DNA of 37,291 nt from Armatimonadota bacterium (GTDB lineage Bacteria > Sysuimicrobiota > Sysuimicrobiia > Sysuimicrobiales > Humicultoraceae): positions 1 to 37,291 of the forward strand of contig JBBIOM010000019.1 of the NCBI GenBank assembly GCA_037443365.1, in the 5' to 3' direction. Each line of letters opens with the position of its first letter. The stretch's first letter is position 1. The notes below the pieces were generated by a model, which was not told the DNA's origin, did no database searches, and saw nothing but the letters and a program-made list of their open reading frames with translations. The position numbers and the translations under genes were made by a program. Of this stretch, positions 28,571-37,291 are shown one piece after another.

Positions 28571-29785
28571 TTACGGATAGATCAGGTACGGGCTCCGCAG
28601 CATCTGGAACCGCCGTAGTTCGGGCTCCCAGCGAGCGGCGATTGCCGATGCCGGGGCGCCTCTTGTGATGGCCTTGCGCACGCTGCTGGTCCCCCAGACG
28701 AAGTCGAACATGTACCGGCCGCCCCGCGGCACGAACTGCAGCGTTGCGCCGTGGAGCCGCCGGATCTCGCACAGTATGTGGACCGCGGTGGTCGCGGGCC
28801 GGAAGCGCAGCGGGTCCGTCAACACCAGGCGGATCCCGCGGAGCGTGCTCCCTCCCCGCTCGAACTCGTATGCCTCAAACGTCACGCCTGCCAGCCCGAT
28901 CGCGTTGAGGCGCGCAGCCAGCCGGTCGCCGTTCAGCCACGGGCTTATCACGACCTCGAAGGGGTGCGGGGTGCCTATGCCGGCCGAGAGGTTCGTGCCG
29001 TCCAGTACGCCCGTGGCCGCATAGTAGAAGGGCGTCATCATCGTCGGGATGTTGGGCGACGGCCGCACCCAGGGCAGGCCCGTCTCTCCCCAGACCGTGC
29101 GGCGCGACCACCCTCGCATCGGCACCACGGTTAGCTGCGCGTTGATCTCGTACAACCAGTTGAAGAGCTGGGCCAGCTCACCCATCGTCATGCCGTGCAC
29201 CAGCGGTATCGGGTACATGCCGATGAACGACCTGTAGGCGGGCTCCAGCACAGGCCCGTCAATCTGCAGGCCGCCCTGCGGGTTGGGCCGGTCGAGGACC
29301 ACCACCGGCCTGCCGGCCTCGCGCGCGGCCTGCAGCACCAGCGCCATCGTGGACGCGTACGTGTAGGCGCGCGCGCCGACGTCTTGGAGATCAATCACAA
29401 AGGCGTCTATGCCCGCCATCATCTCGGGCGTGGGCCTGCGCGTGGCGCTGTAGAGACTGTAGACCGGCACACGGCCGGCAAGATCCGGGACCGCCTGGCC
29501 CGCGGGAATCGTTCCAGCGACCCCGTGCTCCGGGGCGAACAGGGCGCTGACCGTAAACCGCGGGTCGCGGAGCAGTGCGCTCGACGTCGTCTCGCCGGCG
29601 GCGGTCAGGCCCGCGGCGTGCGTCACGAGCCCGATGCGGCGCCCCTGCAGGAGCTCCGGCGTCTCCAGGAGAACATCCACGCCGGGCCGCGTCGGGCCCG
29701 CGGGCTGCGCCTCGGTGCGGCCGGGGCAGGAGGGAGAGGCGAGCAGGAGCAGCAGGGTCAGGAGGACGGCAGCGAGCGCGCGCAT
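28571..29785 (-). CDS. namZ: Exported exo-beta-N-acetylmuramidase NamZ (YbbC/DUF1343 family)
   Basis: Signal peptide MRALAAVLLTLLLLLA; LFAPEHG, DLQDVGARAYTY, VLDRPNP, HGMTMGELA, PSPNIP. Confidence 0.88.
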   Translation of the reverse strand: MRALAAVLLTLLLLLASPSCPGRTEAQPAGPTRPGVDVLLETPELLQGRRIGLVTHAAGLTAAGETTSSALLRDPRFTVSALFAPEHGVAGTIPAGQAVPDLAGRVPVYSLYSATRRPTPEMMAGIDAFVIDLQDVGARAYTYASTMALVLQAAREAGRPVVVLDRPNPQGGLQIDGPVLEPAYRSFIGMYPIPLVHGMTMGELAQLFNWLYEINAQLTVVPMRGWSRRTVWGETGLPWVRPSPNIPTMMTPFYYAATGVLDGTNLSAGIGTPHPFEVVISPWLNGDRLAARLNAIGLAGVTFEAYEFERGGSTLRGIRLVLTDPLRFRPATTAVHILCEIRRLHGATLQFVPRGGRYMFDFVWGTSSVRKAITRGAPASAIAARWEPELRRFQMLRSPYLIYP

Positions 29786-29888
29786 GATCGTCCTAGAATT
29801 CGGGCCGTGCGCGCCGATTCCCTGGCGGCCGCTCGACCCGATATCCCGGTGGGCTGGGCCGGCAGTCCGCCACATCTGAGGCGGGCTT

Positions 29889-31490
29889 GTGTCCAGCACC
29901 GCGATGCCCCCGAGTGACAAGGAACCCCAGGGCGGATTCGTGGCCCTGATGCGCCACCGCAACTACGGGTTGCTGTGGACGGGTCAGCTCATCTCCCAGG
30001 TGGGCGACCGGTTTCATTGGGTGGCCATCTCCCTCTGGGTGTACGCGCAGACCGGGTCGGCGCTCTCGGTTTCTTACGCGATCACCGCGCTATTGGTCGC
30101 GCCTGCTCTGGTCGGGTTCTACGCCGGCGCACTGGTTGACCGCCTCGACCGCCGCAGGATCCTGATCACCGCCGACCTGGTGCGCGCAGGGCTCGTGGCC
30201 GCCATCCCCTGGCTCATGCAGCAGGGGATCGCCTGGGTCTACCTCGACCTGTTCCTCATCTCCGCGGCGTCCGCGTTCTTCAGGCCGGCAATGTTCGCGG
30301 CGATCCCCCAGTCCGTTCCCAGGCCGCGACTGCTGCAGGCGAACGCCTACTTCGCCACCATGGACTCGAGCACCGAGGTGTTCGGGCCTGCCCTGGCCGG
30401 GCTCGTGGTGGCGAGGTTCGGCTACGCCACGGCCATGTACATTGACGCTGCCAGCTACCTGGTGTCGGCCCTGTTCGTGTCGGGCCTTTCGCTCCCGGCG
30501 CCCGAAAGGAGTCCGGACGACGCAGGAGCCACAGGCCGCCCGGGAACGATGCAGTCCATTCGGGAAGGCCTGCGGTACATCCGGAGAGACCGCATGCAGG
30601 TCGCCCTGCTGGGGTTCCTCCTGGCCGGGTTCTGGGTGGCAGGCCTGAACTCGCTCCAGACGCCGCTGGCCAAGGGTGTGCTCGGGGTCACCGACGAGCA
30701 GTTCGGCTGGTTCCAGAGCGTCTGGGGGATCGGGTTCATCGGAGCGTCGCTCTTGCTGGGCTGGTACGGCGGCCGGCTTCCCAAGGGCCATGCGATTGTC
30801 TTCGCCTATCTGCTTTGGGCGGCGGCCGCCGGCATCATGGGACTGAGCCCCAACTACGGCGTGCTCGTAGTGACGGGCTTCTGGGTCGGCTTCGCCAACA
30901 TGCTGCTCTTCGTGAACGTCTCGACCGTGCTGATGGAGCACACGCCGCCGGACAAGATCGGACGCGTGATCACCACCCGACAGGTGATGGTTGCGCTCAT
31001 TCGGGTGGCGGCGCTCGTGGGATTCGGGTGGCTGGCCGATCAGACCGGCGTGAGGCTGGCGATCCTGGTGATGGCAGGCATCTCGTTCGTCGGCACGCTG
31101 GCGGCCACTGTTCGGTATCCGGAGATGTGGCGGTACCGGTCCCCGGTGATGGCGCGGCCGCCGGAGGTGGCGCCTGTCGCAAGGGTGACCTTCGGGACGC
31201 TCAACCGGTACCTCGAGGCCCGCACCGATGCCGAGTTCGTGGTCTCAGAGCAACGGTGGCTCAACCTCGCGTCGCTGCTCATCGTCGGGGTGGGATGGGC
31301 CGCACTGCTCATCATCATGCCTGCGCAGGCGCTGGGGGTTGCCGCCTCCATCGCCGGGGCAGTAGGCCTGGCCGGCCTTGTGCGCGCTGCCGCCGGGCGG
31401 CTGAAGCCGGTGCTGGAGGAGCGGGAGCGCCGGGGCCCGGCCCTGTCGCTCGGCGCTGGCAGGAGGAAAAACGAAATGGGAGGCGAATAG
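29889..31490 (+). CDS. MFS transporter (DHA3/MFS_3-like) with C-terminal extension
   Basis: NYGLLWTGQLISQVGD, GALVDRLDRRRILI (motif A), FFRPA, REGLRYI; 12 or more TM segments. Confidence 0.93.
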   Translation: MSSTAMPPSDKEPQGGFVALMRHRNYGLLWTGQLISQVGDRFHWVAISLWVYAQTGSALSVSYAITALLVAPALVGFYAGALVDRLDRRRILITADLVRAGLVAAIPWLMQQGIAWVYLDLFLISAASAFFRPAMFAAIPQSVPRPRLLQANAYFATMDSSTEVFGPALAGLVVARFGYATAMYIDAASYLVSALFVSGLSLPAPERSPDDAGATGRPGTMQSIREGLRYIRRDRMQVALLGFLLAGFWVAGLNSLQTPLAKGVLGVTDEQFGWFQSVWGIGFIGASLLLGWYGGRLPKGHAIVFAYLLWAAAAGIMGLSPNYGVLVVTGFWVGFANMLLFVNVSTVLMEHTPPDKIGRVITTRQVMVALIRVAALVGFGWLADQTGVRLAILVMAGISFVGTLAATVRYPEMWRYRSPVMARPPEVAPVARVTFGTLNRYLEARTDAEFVVSEQRWLNLASLLIVGVGWAALLIIMPAQALGVAASIAGAVGLAGLVRAAAGRLKPVLEERERRGPALSLGAGRRKNEMGGE

Positions 31491-31648
31491 CGCCTTTTAC
31501 CGGACCGACAGCATAGCAGGCGCGACACTCCACGTCGCAAAGCGAACACGAAGCCCTCAACGAGGCCGCGCAGACTGCCGGCAGAGGGCCGCCTGTCATT
31601 CTCCGAGAGCAGCAGAGCGCGGTGTAGAAATGCTCCCCTGGAGATCAG

Positions 31649-31720
31649 GTGAAGGTCGTTCGCGCGATTGGTAACGCGATTGCTCGAGGGCTGTTGCTCG
31701 GCGGCGAGAGGGAATTGTAG
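31649..31720 (+). CDS. Candidate 23-aa peptide MKVVRAIGNAIARGLLLGGEREL
   Basis: GGAG SD 5 nt before a GTG start, TAG stop 33 nt before the HD-GYP gene; amphipathic and hydrophobic. Confidence 0.4.
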   Translation: MKVVRAIGNAIARGLLLGGEREL

Positions 31721-31753
31721 GCTGTCGGTCTGGTTCTTCATTTCCAGGGCCCT

Positions 31754-33058
31754 ATGCAGACCATAACACGCCAGGTACGCCTCTTCGTGGCAGTCGTGGT
31801 CGCCTCGGCGGCGGCCGTGGTGGTCTTGCACGCCGAGCGGGTCCCCTGGCATGCGTGGCCCCAGCTGATCTTGTTCTTCGGCTTGGCGGTCGTCGCCTAC
31901 TCGGCCCGCATCCCGGATCCGCGCGGCGGGGCGGTGACCCCTAGCACTCTCCTTTCCTATCTTGTCGTCTACTTGTTCAATCCTCCGACGGCCGTGCTCA
32001 TCATCGCGACCGGAAGAACCGTTGCCTACTCCCTGTCAAGAGGCTGGATACCCTGGCGCGCGCTCTTCAACGGCTCTCAGATCGCGCTCAGCGCTGCCGC
32101 GGGTGCGTGCGTATTCGCCATGCTTGGCGGAGTGCCCGGGGAGATCGAGCTGGCGTCGCGCTGGCCGGCGCTGCTAGTCGCCCCTCTGGCATTCCAGATC
32201 GCTAACAATTTCTTCGTGGCGTATGGCACGAGCAGCTGGAGGGGAACACCATTCCTGAGCACATGGTTCAGCAACACCCGCGACCTCTTCTGGCCGAATC
32301 TTCTGAGCATTCCCACGGCCATCCTGCTGGCGATTCTCTACACCGAGGTACACCCTGCCACCGTCCTGCTGTACGTGATGCTGTTACCGCTTCAGTGGCT
32401 GGCGCTCCACCTCTACATCAAGCGCCGCCAACTCTTTGCGCAGATCGTTGACGGCCTCGTAGTGGCGACGGACGTGAACTTCCCCCTGGGCAGGGGGCAC
32501 GCCAGGCGGGTGGCGGACCTGGCCGTCTCGATAGCGCGCGAGATGCGGTTGAGCGAGGCCGCGGTAGAATCGGTCCAGTTCGCGGCCCTCATGCACGACG
32601 TGGGCATGATCGGCAAAGATGAACTGCTGGACCGGCCTGTTCTGACCCCCGAAGACGCCGACGGCCTGCAAGACCACGTGCTGATAGGTGCCGAGGTGGC
32701 CAGAGAACTGCCGCGCAGAGAGATTGCCGCGATGATTCTGCGCCACCATGAACGATTCGACGGCGCAGGATACCCGGGGGGGCTGAAGGGCGAGGCCATC
32801 CCCCTGGGTGCGCGAATCATCGCGCTCGCCGAGGCCGCCGACAGCATGGCATTCGGGATCTATCCATATTCCGGAGCTATGCCCGCGGACGCGATTGCGC
32901 TCGTCGTCGAGAAGGAAAGGGGACGCGCCTTTGATCCAGAGGTCGCCGACGCCTTCGTCACGCTCGTGGAGAGGGGCCTCTACCCTCCTGGCGAGGCGCC
33001 CGTGGCTGAACCGCTCCCCCAGAAGGCGCTGCGGCTCGAGGAGACCCCGGCAACATGA
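31754..33058 (+). CDS. Membrane-anchored HD-GYP domain protein, degenerate
   Basis: About 7 N-terminal TM helices; HDVGM, HHERFDGAGYP; AEAADSM and YPYS replace the canonical AD..DA and RPYR. Confidence 0.9.
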   Translation: MQTITRQVRLFVAVVVASAAAVVVLHAERVPWHAWPQLILFFGLAVVAYSARIPDPRGGAVTPSTLLSYLVVYLFNPPTAVLIIATGRTVAYSLSRGWIPWRALFNGSQIALSAAAGACVFAMLGGVPGEIELASRWPALLVAPLAFQIANNFFVAYGTSSWRGTPFLSTWFSNTRDLFWPNLLSIPTAILLAILYTEVHPATVLLYVMLLPLQWLALHLYIKRRQLFAQIVDGLVVATDVNFPLGRGHARRVADLAVSIAREMRLSEAAVESVQFAALMHDVGMIGKDELLDRPVLTPEDADGLQDHVLIGAEVARELPRREIAAMILRHHERFDGAGYPGGLKGEAIPLGARIIALAEAADSMAFGIYPYSGAMPADAIALVVEKERGRAFDPEVADAFVTLVERGLYPPGEAPVAEPLPQKALRLEETPAT

Positions 33059-34293
33059 AGATCACCGGGCGGCTGATTGGTCTCAGGTCAGGGCTCGTGC
33101 TGATCGCCGCCTTCTCTCTAGGCCTGGGGCTTTCGACCGTTCACCGCGCCAACTTGCTTCCGGTGATCCTCCTCGTCGTGATGGCGGGCGTCGGGGAGTG
33201 GCTGGCCATTCGGCTCGGTCCGCAGGGTGTCTTTACGCTGCGGCCGGTCGCGGCTTTCGTCGGGCTGTGGATCGGTGGGCCGGCCATCCTGATGCTTGCA
33301 GGGCTGCTACCCATTCTCCTGGTGACCGTTCCCACTCGACGCCTCTCGGTCGGCGATGCCCTGCTCCAGGCAGGGGGGGACGCCCTGGGGTTCTGGGTCG
33401 GGTACCTGGCATACGCGGGGCTCGGTTGGGGCCTGGGATGGCATTGGGATCAGACGGCCGCTGTTGAGTTCGCCGCGCGCGCCGGAAGCATCATGGCGTT
33501 CTGGTGCATTCAGATCCCGTTCCAGGCGCTGGATCTCAACATCAGGGAGGGCATGCAGTTCAGGTCGGTCCTTCGGCACCTGACCCGGAATGGGTGGACG
33601 CACGTGGCCGCGCTCTCCGCCGCGGCCATCGCACTGAGCTACATCCAGGGCAGGTTCGGGCTGGTGGTCATGGGGATCGCCTCCGTAGTCCTCATCGAAG
33701 CCTACTATCCATGGAAGCTCCTTGGAGACCAGGGTGGTGTCCTGCTCACCAGCCTGCAGATGATGGCCCGGGCCGTTGACCTGAAGGATCCGTACACATC
33801 AAACCACTCCCAGAACGTGGCGCGATACGCGGTTCGCGTCGCCAGGGAAATGGACCTGCCAGAGACCGATGTCGAGCGCATCCGCATCGGCGCGCTCATG
33901 CACGACATCGGGAAGATCGGCATCAGCGGGCGCATCATCCGCAAGCCGGGCAGGTTGACACCCGACGAGCAGGCCGAGATGGCGCGCCACTCATCCGTGA
34001 GCGCGAACATCATCGAGCCCCTGGACATCCTGGGCGAATCGGCCGAGATGGTGCGTCACCACCATGAGCGATTGGATGGAGCTGGCTATCCCGATGGTCT
34101 GGTGGGAGCGCGGATTCCGGTGGGCTCCCGTATTATCCTTGTCGCTGACGCGTATGATGCGCTCACGACAGACAGGCCATACCGAAAGGGTGTCAGCTCG
34201 GCCGAGGCCATAGCCATTCTCAGACAGAACGCCGGAACGCAGTTCGACCGGATCGCCGTGGAAGCATTGCAGCGGGTTGCGTCCTACCTGTAG
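33055..34293 (+). CDS. Membrane-anchored HD-GYP c-di-GMP phosphodiesterase
   Basis: TM N-terminus; DLKDPYTSNHS, HDIGK, HHERLDGAGYP, ADAYDALTTDRPYRK, GTQFD. Confidence 0.93.
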   Translation: MKITGRLIGLRSGLVLIAAFSLGLGLSTVHRANLLPVILLVVMAGVGEWLAIRLGPQGVFTLRPVAAFVGLWIGGPAILMLAGLLPILLVTVPTRRLSVGDALLQAGGDALGFWVGYLAYAGLGWGLGWHWDQTAAVEFAARAGSIMAFWCIQIPFQALDLNIREGMQFRSVLRHLTRNGWTHVAALSAAAIALSYIQGRFGLVVMGIASVVLIEAYYPWKLLGDQGGVLLTSLQMMARAVDLKDPYTSNHSQNVARYAVRVAREMDLPETDVERIRIGALMHDIGKIGISGRIIRKPGRLTPDEQAEMARHSSVSANIIEPLDILGESAEMVRHHHERLDGAGYPDGLVGARIPVGSRIILVADAYDALTTDRPYRKGVSSAEAIAILRQNAGTQFDRIAVEALQRVASYL

Positions 34294-34385
34294 ACGTCGC
34301 GGCACTCACCACACCTGCCTCACTCAGCTTCAACCAGCACTGCCTGCGAGCCGGTCGCGAAATCGAAGACGCGTGGCGGTGCCTC

Positions 34386-37291
34386 ATGGCGAAACTAGGA
34401 ATCCGTCTGCTGGGCCGTTTCCAGGTCGTCTCGGACAAGGGCGCAATTGAGCTCAAGGCCAGGCCCGCGCAGCTGCTCGCCTACCTCGCGCTCGCGGGTG
34501 GGAGGCCTGTTTCCCGAACGCGCGTGGCAGGCGCGCTCTGGCCGGACCTGACAGAGGAGCGGGCTAGGGCCAATCTCAGCACGGTCATGTGGCGTCTTCA
34601 GGGTGCCATTGAGGCCAGCGGGCATTCGGCAGGAGTACTCCTGACTACGCCCACATCGGTGGGGCTCGACACGGGGTTGTGCGAGGTCGACGTCGAGGAA
34701 TTCCGGCGGGGAGCGCTGCGTCCTGGCCAGCCCACGACCGGCCTGGATCAGCTTTCTCGAACGATCCGCGCCCTTGAATACTACCGGGGAGACCTGCTGG
34801 AGGATTGGGATGTCGAGTGGTGCCAGCTTGAGAGGGAGAACCTGAAGCAGTGCTTCGTGTCCTCGCTTGTTACGGTAGCTGAGGGATTCGAACGTCGGGG
34901 TAGGTGCGATCTCGCCGTTGGGTACGCACGGCGGGCCGTGGAGGCCGACCCGTTCAACGAGCAAGTGCAGCGCGGCTTCATGCGGCTGCTCCTGCGCACT
35001 GGTGACAAGGTCGCTGCCGCCAGTCAGCTTAGGCGCTTCGCCCGGCTTGCCAGATCTGAACTCGGAGTCGAGCCGGATTCTGAGACGATGTCGGTGATTG
35101 CGGAACTGAAGCGATCCTCACACGCCGGCGGCCTCCAGGGTGCGCACACCCCCGCAGGGGTGACGATCCAGCCCGAAAGAGCGCCAGTTGTGGGCAGGAG
35201 CAGCGAACGGCAGGTGTCTGTCGCCGTCCTTGACACTGCGATGGCCGGCAGCGGCGGAGGGCTCTTGCTCGTGGGCGAGGCAGGTATAGGCAAGTCCAGG
35301 TTCGCCGAATGGGTGGCGGAGGAATGGGCCGCACGAGGTGGGGCTACCCTACGGGGGCGCAGCATCGAGTTCAACGAGCCGGTTCCGTACCAGCCGGTCC
35401 TCGACGCCCTCAGTGTGTTTGTAGATGCCGAAGATGTCGCACGGTTCGTCGCTCGCGACAGCAGCGCCCTTCCGGCCTCGGCCTTTGACGAAGCGGCGGG
35501 AAGCGCCGGCGACCCGTCCCCGTGGCCTCCGGGCAAGCTCCGGCTCTTCAACTGGCTCCAGGCCCCGCTCGAGGAGTCAAGCCGCAGCCGCCCCACGATG
35601 TTGCTGATCGAGGACTTGCAGTGGGCCGATACGGGCACGGTGGACTTCCTCACACATCTGCTGGAGCGGACCCGACGGATGCGGATTGTTGTGATCCTTA
35701 CCGCAAGACCGGTAGGCCCCAGGCCCGTGCACGACTCCAATCTTGAACGGCTCTCGCGCCATTGCAGGGCAGTGCTCCGGCTAGGTCCGCTCTCGGAGGT
35801 GGAGACAAGAGAACTCATCCGGGCATTGGTCGAAGAACAACATCTGCCCGCGCACCTCGAGGCGCATATCTTCGCGGAATCCGAGGGGAACCCCCTATAC
35901 GTTGTTGAGACGCTTCGGCTCCTCTTGCAACAGAAGTATGATCCGGTTCTCGGATGTTCCCAATACCCTGCACATTGTATCCCTCTAGAATCGGGCCTGA
36001 GTATCCCTGATAGCGTGCGCAACACAGTTCAGCAGCGATTGAGACTCCTCGAACCCAAGGTTCGCAAGGTAGCTGAGATTGCGGCAGTGCTGGGGAGAAG
36101 CTTCGATGAGGAATCACTTGCAATGATTGGCAGACTGGGCCACAACCGACTCTCGAGAGGCATCGAGCAGCTTGTGAAGGCGGGTATCTTCGAGCGTGAG
36201 CACGCTGGATACCGATTCTCTCACGACAAGATCCGGGCCGTCTGCTACGAGAGCTTGACTGCGCAGGCGCGTAGGGCATGCCACGTGCGGGCTGCGGCTA
36301 CACTGATGCAGTGGCCAGACGTTCCTCTGTATCGCCTTGCATGGCACCAGCACTCGGCGGGTCAGTGGCACCTTGCGGCTAAGTCCTGGACTCTTGCTGG
36401 AGATCAAGCGCGGAAGATGTACGCTCATGAAGAAGCATTGCTGGCCTACCGGCACGCCGCATTCTGCCTGAGGCGAGACCGCACAAAGGACCCAGATGAG
36501 AGCACTGGCGAGGAGTTTCTGCTATTGGCGGTGATGGATGAAATCCTGGAGGTGCTCGGAAGGCCCCAAGATCGGAAGGCCATCCTGAACCAGATGACTG
36601 CAATGTGTCAGCTGAGTAGCCAGCCAATACATCAAACTACCTGGCTACTGCGGTGCGCTGCGTTTGAAGACCATGCCGGCAATTTCACCCGCGCGGGGCA
36701 CTTAGCTCACCGGGCCTGGGCAATCGCGCGATCGACACACAACGCACAGGCCGAGGCTGAGGCACTGCAGATCCTTGCGTGGGCAAAGAACCGAGCTGGC
36801 CAACATGTCCGCTCTCTTGCAGTCACGAAGGTACTTCTTAGAGGACTCAGAGAAACACCGTCACTTACGAAAGCCACGGCCCTGTGGCAGGCTGCTGTTG
36901 CCTACATCAAGCTTGGCGACTTCGCCTCTGCTCTAGCCTTCACTAGATCGGCCAGGGAGACACTCACAGCATTGGGCTACCAGGATGATGTGCCCATGCT
37001 TCTCATGGTTGAAGCCATGGTTCTGAAGTGGACCGGGAATCTGCAGCAGTCTCGCGCAAGATTGCTCAGAGCCCGCAGGTTCTCCAGGGATGTTGGCGAC
37101 ATCACGACCGAGGCTCGAGCGATGATTCACCTGGCAACCCTGGACGCACTCGACCTGCGAGTAGGGGACGCATTGGCGAAGCTACGGGAGGCGTCTGTTA
37201 AGTGCCAGTCTGCCGGGTACACGCGTGCGCGCCTTTCCTGCCTCAACGAGATAGCCAACAGCGTCGGGCGCCAGATAGGCAACTACCGCTG
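34386..37291 (+). CDS. SARP/AfsR-like regulator: winged HTH + BTAD + STAND (AAA_16) NTPase + TPR-like repeats; truncated by the window end
   Basis: Manual translation: MAKLGIRLLGRF, LLAYLAL, LWPD, YRGDLL, DPFNE, ELGVEP, VVGR, GEAGIGKSR, IEDLQWAD, SEGNPLY, FSHDKIR. Same frame at start, P-loop and end; presumably missing from the ORF track because it has no stop. Confidence 0.92.
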   Translation, partial: MAKLGIRLLGRFQVVSDKGAIELKARPAQLLAYLALAGGRPVSRTRVAGALWPDLTEERARANLSTVMWRLQGAIEASGHSAGVLLTTPTSVGLDTGLCEVDVEEFRRGALRPGQPTTGLDQLSRTIRALEYYRGDLLEDWDVEWCQLERENLKQCFVSSLVTVAEGFERRGRCDLAVGYARRAVEADPFNEQVQRGFMRLLLRTGDKVAAASQLRRFARLARSELGVEPDSETMSVIAELKRSSHAGGLQGAHTPAGVTIQPERAPVVGRSSERQVSVAVLDTAMAGSGGGLLLVGEAGIGKSRFAEWVAEEWAARGGATLRGRSIEFNEPVPYQPVLDALSVFVDAEDVARFVARDSSALPASAFDEAAGSAGDPSPWPPGKLRLFNWLQAPLEESSRSRPTMLLIEDLQWADTGTVDFLTHLLERTRRMRIVVILTARPVGPRPVHDSNLERLSRHCRAVLRLGPLSEVETRELIRALVEEQHLPAHLEAHIFAESEGNPLYVVETLRLLLQQKYDPVLGCSQYPAHCIPLESGLSIPDSVRNTVQQRLRLLEPKVRKVAEIAAVLGRSFDEESLAMIGRLGHNRLSRGIEQLVKAGIFEREHAGYRFSHDKIRAVCYESLTAQARRACHVRAAATLMQWPDVPLYRLAWHQHSAGQWHLAAKSWTLAGDQARKMYAHEEALLAYRHAAFCLRRDRTKDPDESTGEEFLLLAVMDEILEVLGRPQDRKAILNQMTAMCQLSSQPIHQTTWLLRCAAFEDHAGNFTRAGHLAHRAWAIARSTHNAQAEAEALQILAWAKNRAGQHVRSLAVTKVLLRGLRETPSLTKATALWQAAVAYIKLGDFASALAFTRSARETLTALGYQDDVPMLLMVEAMVLKWTGNLQQSRARLLRARRFSRDVGDITTEARAMIHLATLDALDLRVGDALAKLREASVKCQSAGYTRARLSCLNEIANSVGRQIGNYR

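Noticed and set aside
34395-37130. Minus-strand ORFs listed in the last 3 kb
   Set aside because: They are antisense shadows of the plus-strand SARP-STAND gene.

Overview
GC-rich bacterial chromosome segment (roughly 70% GC by eye, lower after about 31.5 kb). Bases 1-18.6 kb hold the 3' end of tuf and the S10-spc-alpha ribosomal superoperon in a Firmicutes-like order (secY-adk-map-KOW-infA-rpmJ-rpsMKD-rpoA-rplQ-ecfAA'T-truA). rpmD (uL30) is absent, and rplM-rpsI do not follow truA. The accessory part begins with a putative tRNA(CAU)-reoM/ireB-murA operon, followed by a minus-strand MacB/FtsX-type ABC exporter behind tRNA-Val(UAC). Next comes an approximately 220-nt structured leader ahead of an operon encoding a DUF4760-like protein, a C4 zinc-ribbon protein and an RNase HI fused to a serine beta-lactamase-like domain. 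RNase P RNA, a NamZ-like muramidase and an MFS transporter follow. The window ends in a lower-GC signalling module: a candidate 23-aa peptide, two coupled membrane HD-GYP proteins (one degenerate) and a large SARP/BTAD-STAND-TPR regulator that runs off the end. The lineage is probably a Terrabacteria group such as Armatimonadota or CSP1-3, which is inference only. All calls come from reading motifs; no database searches were run.
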